A DNA stretch of 60,624 nt, filler included, from Sphacelaria rigidula (Eukaryota), in assembly GCA_964200075.2 (NCBI GenBank). It is 3 parts of 3 records of this genome, joined end to end, with 100 filler letters (N's around TTAATTAATTAA, not from the genome) between each part and the next. Parts side by side here need not be neighbours in the genome. Positions count along the whole stretch, not along the records: positions 1 to 20,152 come from CAXNAA020000564.1; 2 more parts are not named here. One strand, given 5' to 3'. The first letter of the stretch is position 1. Every line of letters begins with the position of its first letter. This document shows, piece by piece, positions 1 to 11,299 of the stretch. Position numbers and translations under genes: made by a program. The notes below the pieces were generated by a model. That model was not told where the DNA came from and made no database searches. It saw only the letters and a program-made list of their open reading frames with translations.

Positions 1-760
1 CTGTTTTAGGCTTGAGCCTCATCTCGAAGTTAAACCTCAATTCTCACAATTTGTTGTTAAAAGTGGACTAAACACGCACGAGTTGGTATCAGTAATGAGA
101 GCAGTTCTGAGTGGCAAACGCTCTCGGCTTCGGTCTGTACCAAGCCTGATCAAACTATTTGATCACAGTGTTGGCTGCCAAAACCTCGATGTTCACGTGT
201 TCGGGTTAACTTGAGATGTCCTGTTTCAGCACTCAGATTTCAAATTGGAAGCCGATTCTAGTGTGGGTGGTCCTCAACTTCACGGCACCCACAAATATGA
301 TATTCCCACAGGCGCGAGGCGTACGGGCGGACACGGATGTCGCACATCCTCAATCGTAGATGATCTGCGCGAAACCGTTCAAACGTTTTCATGTGCGTCA
401 TGCTGCTACGCTGCACGTGGTCACCCCATGTCAGTACTGCCAAGCAGGTATAAGCCTCGTGCTACCCACTGGGGGATGTACCTTCTGGCTGCGCACTCTT
501 GCCGGTAGGTGCAAGTATCCGATCCGATATATCGGGAGGAAAACAATGCTGGCACGAGCACCGCATTGGCTGCTCTTCTTTCTACCCCACTCTTGAATTC
601 CGTTCCTCGGGATGCGTTCGTAGTCTCGAGGGATGAATCCATTCTTCCCCTGGTGGATGCACAACATTTTAGTACCGCCGATGATATCAACACCCCCGCA
701 TCTTGTCGACTGCTGTCAAATATTACCGGAAACTCATTCTCTCACGCTTTCAAAGAGAGA
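1..760 (-). pseudogene. Possible highly decayed hAT-like DNA transposase remnant
   Basis: Minus-strand peptide fragments broken by stops (ARRYIPQWVARGLYLLGSTD, then GNIIFVGAVKLRTTHT) loosely resemble the N-terminal and first catalytic regions of hAT transposases. No intact motif or TIR was seen. Confidence 0.25.
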
Positions 761-1193
761 ATTTAGATATATATATATGAGAAAATCAACCCATCGTGCT
801 CCCAAGCCGAAACCTTTCGCCCTAATCGATTATGCATGGACCAGTTGCATCACAAAGACGCGGTGGTATGACATATGGCTACTCATGCATCTTTCTGCGC
901 GGTGACCTGCTGAAACCAGTGACATAACCATGTGACGATGCAGCTAGCAAATTCACCATGCCTCGGAAAACGTTGCTGAAGACGATCCGCCACCACACAA
1001 ACATCCAAAAGCATGGCTCAGCGGCCTCCGCGTCCCCAGCTACCGACAGAACACAGCTGACCTCTTTGACCTCAAGACGAAACAACTGATATACATTGCG
1101 GAGATCAAAACAAAATCATGACATGCGCACCACAGATACGGTGAAACCACGCTTCGTCCAACATCAGCGGGGGAAAAGGCGTGCACGGGTCCT

Positions 1194-3752
1194 TCATTCA
1201 GTACACCTCTTTCGCAGGAGGGATGAGACCGTGGGCACGTGACGAGACGGGGAGGACACATCCAGTTCTAACTTCACGTCGGTTCCGTCGTCTTTTGACA
1301 TTACATCATCCCCAGCTGCCACGTTAAGTACCGGCTGCACCTGAGCCGTCCGACGAAGCCGCTTCATGTTTCTTCCATTGGTGATGCTATCAGCACAACT
1401 TTTGCTTCTGAGAGTCCTGCTGGAGCCGCCAAAGCCCATGCTGTCGTTACTGCTGGGTCCCGCAGTAACTCGTTTGCTACTTCGCATCCCCTCAAAACTT
1501 CGCGTAGGCGCAACAGTATCCTCCATTTTGATTTTCATGCGCATCTCCGCCCCTCCCGTAGTAGCCCTATCTGCTGCCGCCGCGCCAGGGTGCTGTCTCG
1601 GGAGGGCAGGCGACGTGGTCGTGGAATTTGCACCGCGTCGCCTATCGCGGATGACACGCGGGTTGCAACGAGAATCACCGTTACGACCATCATCATTCGT
1701 GCTGGGACCGGCATTCGGTAGATGACCGGATTTTCTACATCCATCGTCAATATCGACGCCAGTATCTCCCGTGACGAGGTCATCACTCGCTGGGCTTTTT
1801 TTTCGGATATGTGCCATGGGATCAGACCATATGACCAAGTCATGTGCAGCACCACGGTAGATGTTCCCGTGCTCCCGAAAGAGGTCAAAATGATGCTGCG
1901 AGGCGCAGTCATCGCAGTCCACGAATACCATTCCTGCGCGGGCGTGTGCGGCGCAGAACACCGCCTTCTTGCTACCGGCCGCACCGAGCGATGGGTATGT
2001 GGAACAGCCCTCCTTGCCGTACCGCTTGCTCTCAACATCGATCATGCCCGCTCGGGCGTGTGAGGCGCAAAACTCTGCATTTCTGCTACCGGCTGATCCA
2101 AACGATGGTCGTGTGTTGCAGCCCTCCTTGCCGCACCGCTTGCTGTGTACGGTGACCATGCCCGCTGGAGCGTGTGCGGCGCAGAGCTCTGCCTTCTTGC
2201 TGCCGGCTGCTACGAAAGATGGGAATTTGGGGCAGCCCTCTTTGCCGCACTGCTTTTTCTTCACAATGAAGATGCCCCCTCGGCCTTGTGTGGCGCACAC
2301 CTCAGCCTTTCTGCTGCCGGCTGCACCGAACCATGGTCGAGTGGAGCAGTCCTCCTTGCCGCACCACCTCTTGTTCACATTGACCATGCCCTCTCGAGCG
2401 TGTGCGGCGCAGAACTCCACCTTGCTGCTGCCGGCTGCACCGAATGATGGTGTTGTGGAGCAGTCCTTGCCGCACCGCCTTTTGTTCACATTGATCATGC
2501 CCTCTGAGGCATGTGTCGCGCAGAACTCCGCTTTCCTGCTGCCGGCTGCACCGAATGATGGTGTTGTGGAGCAGTCCTCCTTGCCGCACCGCCTCTTGTT
2601 CACATTGATCATGCCCGCTTGGGCGTGTGTCGCGCAGAACTCCGCCCTCCTACTCCCGGCTGGACCGAACGATGGTTGTGTGGAGCAGCCCTCCGTGCCG
2701 CACCGCTTGCTCCTCACATCAACCATGCCCCCTCGAGCGTGTGTCGCGCAGAACTCCACTTTCCTGCTGCCGGCTGCACCGAACCATGGCCGAGTGGAGC
2801 AGCCCTCCTTGCCGCACCGCCTGTTCTTCACATTGACCATCCCCCCTCGAGCGTGTGTCGCGCAGAACTCCACCTTCCTGCTGCCGGCTGCACCGAACGA
2901 TGGTGTTGTGGAGCAGCCCTCCTTGCCGCACCGCCTTTTGTTCACATTGACCATGCCCTCTAGAGCGTGTGTCGCGCAGAACTCCACCTTCCTGCTGCCG
3001 GCTGCACCGAATGATGGTGTTGTGGAGCAGCCCTCCTTGCCGCACCGCCTTTTGTTCACATTGACCATGCCCGCTCGGGCGTGTGTCGCGCAGAACTCCA
3101 CCTTCCTGCTGCCGGCTGCACCGAACCATGGTCGAGTGGAGCAGCCCTCCTTCCCGCACCGCCTGTTCTTCACATTGACCATGCCCTCTAGAGCATGTGT
3201 CGCGCAGAACTCCGCTTTCCTGCTGCCGGCTGCACCGAATGATGGTAATGTGGAGCAGCCCTCCTTGCCGCACCGCCTGTTCTTCACATCGACCATACCC
3301 GCTGGAGCGTGAGTCGCGCAGAACTCCGCCTCCTTGCTGCCGGCTGCACCGAACGATGGTAATGTGAAGCAGCCCTCCTTGCCGCACCGCCTCTTGTTCA
3401 CATCGACCATACCCGCTCGGGCGTGTGTTGCGCAGAACTCCGCTTTTTTGCTGCCGGCTGCACCGAACGATGGTTGTGTGGAGCAGCCGTCCTTGCCGCA
3501 CCGCCTGTTCTTCACATCGACCATGCCCTCTCGAGCGTGTGTCGCGCAGAACTCCGCCTTCCTACTGCCGGCTTCACCGAACGATGGTGTAGTGGAGCAG
3601 CCCTCCTTGCGGCACCGCCATTTGTTCACATTGACCATGCCCTCTCGAGCGTGTGTCGCGCAGAACTCCGCCTTCTTGCTGCCGACTGCACCGAACGATG
3701 GTATTGTGGAGCAGCCTTCCTTGCCGCACCGCTTGCTCCTCACATCGACCAT
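1194..3752 (-). CDS. EsV-1-7 cysteine-rich repeat protein (brown algal zinc-finger-like tandem repeat family)
   Basis: 852-aa ORF with 16 tandem ~38-aa units (e.g. MVDVRSKRCGKEGCSTIPSFGAVGSKKAEFCATHAREG) fitting C-x4-C-x16-C-x2-H, followed by a low-complexity basic/Ser-rich tail. The frame continues upstream to 3983 across one TAG at 3780-3782. Confidence 0.9.
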   Translation of the reverse strand: MVDVRSKRCGKEGCSTIPSFGAVGSKKAEFCATHAREGMVNVNKWRCRKEGCSTTPSFGEAGSRKAEFCATHAREGMVDVKNRRCGKDGCSTQPSFGAAGSKKAEFCATHARAGMVDVNKRRCGKEGCFTLPSFGAAGSKEAEFCATHAPAGMVDVKNRRCGKEGCSTLPSFGAAGSRKAEFCATHALEGMVNVKNRRCGKEGCSTRPWFGAAGSRKVEFCATHARAGMVNVNKRRCGKEGCSTTPSFGAAGSRKVEFCATHALEGMVNVNKRRCGKEGCSTTPSFGAAGSRKVEFCATHARGGMVNVKNRRCGKEGCSTRPWFGAAGSRKVEFCATHARGGMVDVRSKRCGTEGCSTQPSFGPAGSRRAEFCATHAQAGMINVNKRRCGKEDCSTTPSFGAAGSRKAEFCATHASEGMINVNKRRCGKDCSTTPSFGAAGSSKVEFCAAHAREGMVNVNKRWCGKEDCSTRPWFGAAGSRKAEVCATQGRGGIFIVKKKQCGKEGCPKFPSFVAAGSKKAELCAAHAPAGMVTVHSKRCGKEGCNTRPSFGSAGSRNAEFCASHARAGMIDVESKRYGKEGCSTYPSLGAAGSKKAVFCAAHARAGMVFVDCDDCASQHHFDLFREHGNIYRGAAHDLVIWSDPMAHIRKKSPASDDLVTGDTGVDIDDGCRKSGHLPNAGPSTNDDGRNGDSRCNPRVIRDRRRGANSTTTSPALPRQHPGAAAADRATTGGAEMRMKIKMEDTVAPTRSFEGMRSSKRVTAGPSSNDSMGFGGSSRTLRSKSCADSITNGRNMKRLRRTAQVQPVLNVAAGDDVMSKDDGTDVKLELDVSSPSRHVPTVSSLLRKRCTE

Positions 3753-3860
3753 GCCCGCACGGGCGTGTCTGGCGCAGAACTACGCCCTCTTGCTACCCGC
3801 TATGCCGAATGATGATCTCGTGGTGCAACTCGTGTGGATGCACATTTCAGGCATCCCCTG
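1932..3860 (-). repeat. Coding tandem repeat, 114-bp unit, 16 near-complete copies plus one degenerate 5' copy
   Basis: 114-bp periodicity is directly visible (recurrent gcagaactcc...gctgccggctgcaccgaa...ttgccgcaccgc). Unit 12 has a 3-bp deletion. Confidence 0.95.
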
Positions 3861-4149
3861 CACAACCGCACTAGAGAAAGTACAAGGCCGCGGTAGTCCC
3901 CGCTGCTGCTGCTGCTGCCACAATCCGCAGTCACAGACTGGTCGACGAGACCCGCTGACCAGTTCAGGGGCACCCTGCATCAATCAACCAGGAAGGATAA
4001 CTTTAGCCCGTGCTCATGTGAAACATAAGTAACCTATCATCAGAGTATCTCGGTCGCATTCGGGCATGTGGACTAGAGTGAACGGACCCATCAACCGTTG
4101 GGTTAGCAGGCGATAGAGATAGATACTGCAGCAGGGTTGTTACAGGAAA

Positions 4150-5330
4150 GGGGGGGGCGTACTCATTTGTCGCTTGCTTTCGTCGTTTGACCGTTGATCA
4201 CGCATCCCTCCAGAGACGGGGCACCGTTCCTGCTCCTAATGGACACCTGCAACATCCCGCCGCTCATGATCTTTCTTCCATACATCACACAAAAACCTGT
4301 TACATACCTTTTCCCCGTCCCGTTTCGCCGTCGCTGGCCGCCATCTATCTCCTAGTATAGCCATCGTTTTTTTCCCAACTGTCTAATGCATCAAACGGTT
4401 TCATAACACCCTGGTTTACATCCCGCATTTCCCCCTCCTAATAGACACCTGCAACATCCCGCCGCTCATGATCTTTCTTCCATACATTAAACAAAAACCT
4501 GTTACATATCTTTTCCCCGTCCCATTTCGCCGTCGCTGGCCACCATCTATCTCCTAGTATAGCCATCGTTTTTTTCCCTACTGTCTAGTGCATCAAACGA
4601 TTTCATACCACCTTGGTTCACATCCCGCATTTCCCCCTTTACCACGTCCCGTTCCTCCTTCTACACTCCACAGTCCGCCCCCATGTGACTTCTACTCCTA
4701 TTCCTTTGCCATATAGGCAGTTCTGTCTATCTACTTCCTCCTCCATTCGACGACTGGTGTATATATTTCTTGCTTCTGGCAGGCCCAAGTTCCCCACCCG
4801 AAATTGCACATTTTTCATTTTTTTCGCAGCGTCCATGGGGCCATGCAATTATGCTTTCATTCCTACCCCCTCTCATCCACCCGTATATCTCCAGGTGTTC
4901 TTCCTCGTCTACCTTGCGTGTGAGCGCTCCTTTTCCCCTTATTTCTATCACGTCTCTTACTTTTGCCTTGTACCTCGCGTCTTCACCTATGGACAGTATT
5001 TCGTCTTTGTTTCCTCCTATCTCCTTCCATGGTTTCTCGACTTCTCTATCCCACCTTATTTCAGCCTGCCCTTCCGTACTTTTCTTTCACACAGCCCTAT
5101 CAACTGTAGCTGGCAATCTCTTTCTCTGCATGTTCTTTACGCTATTTTGTCATCGCGATTTCCTCATGTCTCTGTTTGTTATAAGTGAGTACATTCCCAA
5201 CTCAGCTCTCACAGCTGTATTNNNNNNNNNNCGAGCATCCAAGTATTTTCTTAGCTGCTGCCATCTGTACTGTTTCCAACCTCTGCACCAACCTCACGTT
5301 CCCGTCCCATACTTCAATGAGAGGCGTAGT
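4150..5330 (-). mobile_element. Decayed non-LTR retrotransposon (LINE), 3' portion of ORF2
   Basis: Minus-strand translation gives EVWDGNVRLVQRLETVQMAAAKKILGCS...AVRAELGMYSL...QFRVGNLGLPE...GVSIRSRNGAPSLEGCVING, typical of the post-RT C-terminal region of LINEs. It has internal stops, frameshifts and a 10-N gap. Terminal stop near 4163. Confidence 0.7.
4233..4637. repeat. Direct tandem duplication, ~202-bp unit x2
   Basis: ctcctaat(g/a)gacacctgcaacatcccgccgctcatgatc... begins at both 4233 and 4435, with high identity through catcccgcatttccccct. Confidence 0.9.
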
Positions 5331-8300
5331 CCTGATACATGTTCTTGCAGCGCGGGGGGCACGGCTGAAGCAGAGGAAGGAGTGTCGAAGTCTGAAGATG
5401 CACAGAAGTCTACAGTACCGAGGACGCTAGTATGATTTCTCCACCCATCCGATTCACGTGACACACGACGCGCATACGATAATTTGTTCTGTGCACCTCG
5501 CATGAGGCTCACAGGCTGGATGAACCACCGCTTTAGGTTAGTGATTCTCCTCAGCATTTTAACGATTGATGACGAAAGCCGACACCAGGCAGATGGTGAT
5601 GTGGAGGTGTGCAACATATGCCGATCCATCACGTTTTCAGAGTACTACCATGGGCTGTGGGGAGACATCACCTCATCCCGTGTGGGTGCGCAAAGGGTGC
5701 TCTACGCTAGGTATGGTGGCTGTGGCCACTGGCAGGATGGCTGTGCATACTACTGCACCCACCATACGGCACTAGCCAGGCTACATGATGATAGCGAGCT
5801 GTGCCTACATCAGTCGCCCCTGTCACCACCTGCTGAAACAAGACAGACCTTTGAACTAGGGATGACTGTGAAAATGCACCCCTTCCGGGAAATGGTGTCA
5901 CTCCGTTGATTCTCCCCCTTGCCTGAAGCGTTTAAGCACTGCTACCTGAAACGCATTCACTGGGCGGGATGAACGCAAGGGAGCTCACTGAGTGTTGGGT
6001 TCAAAAATACTCTGATACGTTGCCTCGATGTAGCAACAAGGACTCTCGCACACACTCTCACCAACCGGCACCCTGCGGCACAAGCTATTGGCATGACACG
6101 AGACAGGGATTATCGATGGGCCACGCGGTGAACGTGCGGAGGCGTTAATTTCCAGGGACTCGAATAGCTGTGGCCCGTGCGTCCATTTCTAACGTGATGC
6201 AGCATAGAAGCACAAGGCTTGGTGTAGTCGGCCCTCACTCTGCTCTGAGCGAACCGGATTGTTGTGTGGATACGCAAGGCACAAACGACCTGGTCGTGTC
6301 TTCGCCGCTTCGGATGACAACACCATGCCATGATTATTTGGAGGCGGAGTTTCGCAAGTTTATACACACGCTAAAAATGCAAGCAATCCGGCGTCTCCCA
6401 TGTTTGGGTTACAGCTGGAATGACGCTGAGGGCAGTGAAAAATGTCTCGAAGATGAGAATACAGAGTTGTCAGGGCAGCGACACGGCGTAGTGGATGGTA
6501 TCTGTTACAACAAAATGACGAATTCAACAGTATTTCTCTTCGAGACTCCTGGAGAATAAGACGGAATGGCGTGCTGAAGAAGGAGGCATGTTGTCAAAAG
6601 TCGAAAACAAAGCGATCATCGAATCAATTTACGAGCAGGAATCGACATCACAACATAATGATTCGAGCTGCTTCGGGAGACACGCACACTGAAGTTGCCA
6701 CCTTGAGAAAGGGGGGACAGACGTCAACAACAGGTGGGGAATAAATGTACGTGTGAAGACGGACCTTCAGACACAGCTGTAGAAACACGCTAACACCAAC
6801 GTAATGACACAAACGGCACAAAACGGCATAGCAGATTTCACCACACATGAATATATGTGCTACAAGTATTTGGCTGACGGCTGAAGGGAGCCTTGGACTG
6901 GAAGTTTCAGCAAAATAATACGAACCAAGCGAGCTTTTCTTTACCGGGAATGTGTGCCGCAGTATAATGAACCTTTTACTGGTTCATGCACAAATACGCG
7001 AATCTACCATACTACGGAAACGAAACCTCGCACGCCCCGTTTACAATCAAAACCGCATCGCGAATCTCTGTTACTGTGTCGTGCGGTATCGTGAAACAGA
7101 TTATGGTACCACGTAATACCGGGCCGTGAACAACACATATCATACAGTGCAGATACCGTAAAAAAAAAAACGTGTCCCACGATGAACTCGCCATGGAAAA
7201 CCCGCAGCAACTGTACTGTGTCCGGCCCAAGGTGAAAATTACACCTCGGTCTGTGGTTCGATTTATCGGAACAACCGAATATGTTTTTTTCGATGTCCTT
7301 GTTGTTGAGGGCGGTTCCTATGATCCAACGACTAAGCAAAAGGTCGGCCAGTGACGGTTTTCTAGGTACAACAGTTTTCGGAACCGTTGTGTAAAACGCC
7401 GAAAACAAAATGACGCGTACGCTGGCCCACCGTGATACTTGAAATGGTTTACTTGTTGTGCGAAACGGCGGCCGCTGTACTGTCCGTTGTCCGTATTCCT
7501 GTACTCTGCTTACTGCCCCATCTGCACTGCTGTACTGCACGTCCCCTGCAGAATGCTGCTGCCGGTGTGCCGCATGCACGTACTGAACAACTATGTGTTA
7601 CACCTGTGGGTACTGGATATACAGTTACACAGCGGCACTGGCTGCAATGTAGTGTTGCTGCATCGTACACTGTGCTGTCTGTACTCGACGTGTGCAGCTG
7701 TTTCTACAACAGGTCGTTTTTCTCAACATGATGAGGGCGAAAATCATTCATCATGGGCGGTCCTCGTTCGGAGACGTTCTCCCTCCGAAAGTTTCCATAG
7801 GAAGGTTCGAGAAACATCTGAATCAATCAACGGAAACACGTTTTTCAGATGAATATTTTCAGGTCACAAGAAGCGGGTTCGGAAGCGGCTGTTCAATAAC
7901 TGGGTGTGAGCGTGTCATGTCCTTGCATCTGACCACGGGTCTCAGCAAAGAAGATGTATGTATCGAGTGAAGAGGAAACCACATGCGCGAAGGAAATCGT
8001 TGACGTGCAAGATGAAGTGGCTGGGGGCGTGGTGGAGCTTCTGGTTTGTACCTGGATGAACTCATTAGCCTTTGCCCACTTTTGCGACGAGTAACGTGTT
8101 ACATTTTCTACAATGTTCGGCTCAGTGCAGTGACCGTACAATAATACAGGACGTAGTATTATTTGGTGATAAAAGAAGAGTCTGTTGTCGTGTTCGATGC
8201 CCCGTGGTGAGCCAGGCAACGTCGATAATTTGCAAATCATGTCCGCTATTTTCGGTCTTGGTTGGTGTCGTGTGTCTTCCTGCCCTGATACATTGATGCT

Positions 8301-11299
8301 ATGGTAAGCGCATCGTTTCTTAATTCTCGTTTTTGCCTTGAGTGCTGCACTTGGGAACGCACACACGTGACGGCTGTCGGGGTCGCAATTTACCTACTTC
8401 CTTTCGAAGCATACATGATCACAGTGCTGTAGTTAATATCTGGAATGAGAAATTTTCGGAGTTTTTTCCGTGGTCAGAGATAGTGGAAAGTGTTTTCGCG
8501 TGCCACCGCTCATCCCAGCGGACGTTTGATCCCAAATTTTGGGGATCGGGAGATACCAAGAATTCCATCACTTTCATGAAAATGATTTTACGGACAATGA
8601 TTTTTCTTTCTTACCTATCCATTGTGCTAAAGCCTCAAATGAATATTTCTTGGGCCAAAATTGATCACTAACACCCCCTGTCGATCCAGTTTGTCGATAA
8701 CATCCCCTGTCTACCCAGTTCGGAGGTCGTTCAATGTTGAGCCCAGAGACGATTTTTGGTTCGGAATGTGGAACGGATGCCTAGTAGTATCTCCCGACTC
8801 TCAATCGCTGGGATCAACCGCTTGCTGGAATAAACGGTGGCACGCAAAAAAAAAACATGAAAAAAACGCCGACTACGAATTTATTACAAAATTTTACCAT
8901 TTCAAATGAAAACCAATATACATACGGTACAGTACAGAACCGTTGGACGGTAGGATGTCACAACGGCGGTTATCGGCGGTAGACTACCAAGGTGTTTGGT
9001 TCCATAGGAACCGCAAACTTCCTAGATGCGTCTGCATATTTCCACTAGATGCCTAAAGTTGATATCGAAGACAGCACATTTCGGGTCTCGACAAGACATG
9101 GTATGTGCTCCACTTGGGAGCATTGTAGTCGCAGTATGTGTTCACATCGTCGTGGTGGAGTGGGTACATGCCGACATATGCACGATACGAAGTCGCTCCC
9201 CGATCATGTTTCATCATTTGTAGCGATGGATATATCGACGTGTAGCTAGCAACACACCTTATGAAAGAAATAAGGCCCGTTGTTGCCACAATACATACCG
9301 AACAAGAACTATGCGAGAGGTATTGGAATCATGATACATGTTTGTGCACACCGCGAGCCGTCGACACAGTGTAGGGACCAACATATGTCGAAAATGCTTC
9401 AGGAAGTGTATTATGGAGGTGTGATGCACCTAGTTTGACATCCACGAACCTGTTTGCAGATCTGGCCAAAGCAATAATTATCGCCATCATCGGATTTCAA
9501 CTGAGGAGGTTACACACCGGAATATCAACGACCACTGCATAAATGATGACGTCGTTTAACCTGTCTGCAGATCCGGTGAAAACATGTTCGCCCCAGCTTG
9601 CTCACAGGTAAGGAGTCGGAACACGTATGATGCTCCAAGTTTGATCAGAGGTGATGAGGTCACGAACTACATTTGGAGGTCCGATACAGCTGACTGCTGC
9701 ATATATTCGGCGAATGCTGCTGGGTACTTGCTCGGGGGTTGATTTTCACGTGCCTGTTGTGTTTCCTCATCACATCATCCCTGGACCGGCACCAACATGT
9801 TGGACCAACGACCACTAGAGGGACGAAGTCATTTCCGAACCTGCCTGAAAAAATGGCGGACGAGTGCCTTGCTTCACCTTACTTTCAGGTGAGGTTAAAC
9901 ACTGGACCACCGTCGACAACTCCAACAACCGCCGCATTCACGAACCTGTCGGCAGCTCTAGCTGACACAAACATCGCTGTTGTTTCTTTTCGAGTCGGTA
10001 CATTGTATACACTATAATAGTGTTCAGATTCGTCTCAGTCTGCTCCCATGTAAATAATTTTGGCGCATGATTTCAAAACCCATGATATGCGTGCAGCCAC
10101 GCTCGAAGCGGTATCTTGGCACTTGGGCACCAAAAACCCACCGAGCCTGGAGGTTCACGGCCTACGCTCTTTGGGGGCGAAGGTTGGGCTTAGCCTTGGA
10201 AAAAGGTTTTTTCTCGAGGCTAGAATAGTCACCGTGCTCGCCCGCCCTGTGAATTGTCTGCTTTTGTCGACGATCAGGGTGAAGAGATGATAAAAAACAA
10301 AAGTATGCTTCAGGAAGCACGCGGGCGTGTCTAGAGTACTGAAAAAACACGAAACAATGGAAACGACCAGCGTCTTCCCTCCCCCGGTGATTCGATTACA
10401 AAACAAACGGAAGCAAGGAAAATGAATAGATTATACGGGAAGTCCAGCACGGGTTTTCGCCAAAACCTGTGGCAGAGAATCAAAATTCTACGTTTGGTTT
10501 CGTCTCTACAGTCAAAAGTCAGAAAATGAATAGAAAAAGAACAACAACTGTGCAAGGGGAAGGGGGTGCCTGAACAATAGTGCCCTTGTCATTGCACCAT
10601 GGAAAAGGCGACGGGTATGAATATACTGGTGGTATCAGCAGCATTTTCTGTTTGAACTTGAAACGTCCTTGGATTGTTTACCAGCTAGGCTAGGATTCGT
10701 TCGACCCATAATGGGGAACAGGGCGGAGAATGGGTCAAGGTTTGCCGTACACCCGATGACTCCCAAGCTCACAAAACGCGGGAGGCACCAACGGCGCCAA
10801 ACCTTGTAGGTATGGGTTGTGCATGTGCTGCACTACTCTTGAAAAATCTCCAGGCGGTGTGTACCTCACGTGCTATGGGCCAGCAGACACAGGTCGCTTC
10901 TCTGCAAACACCAACAACACATGGAACGAGAAGAAACCTCGCATTCCCGTTGAGGGGTCAACTGAGAGGGGCAATGGGAGTAGTGAGCAGGGCTGTCGCG
11001 TGAAAAAAACAAAAACTAACGAAGAAATTTCGCTTTTGATTTCCTTCCTCCCTCCCCCATGGGTGCCCTGTCTCAAAAGGAATGCGTGGTCACTGGTTAA
11101 TCGACTGAGGCGAAAAACGAATCTGTTCGCCCCCCTTCTTCGTTGAGTGGTGAGGTCAGTTGGCAACGACGCCGTGAAGCCTGCCTCTCACTGTGTAGAC
11201 TAGTTAACCAGCTTCCCGTTTTTTTCGCGCTTGCTTATTTGTTGCGGTAATCGTGATGGTTCATGTTGTGAAGGGTGGGAGAATCTCAATTCCAAGCAA

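Noticed and set aside
1932-3860. Regular repeat array resembling CRISPR
   Set aside because: Units are contiguous in-frame coding repeats with no unique spacers and no cas genes, in a eukaryotic context.
1194-3983. EsV-1-7 gene as evidence of an integrated giant virus
   Set aside because: The family is widespread in brown algal nuclear genomes, and no capsid, polymerase, packaging ATPase or other viral core gene was recognised nearby.
1969-4032. Long plus-strand ORFs (447 aa, 232 aa) and alternative-frame ORFs over the repeat array
   Set aside because: Antisense or out-of-frame shadows of a 114-bp coding repeat that lacks stops; the minus-strand frame matches a known family.
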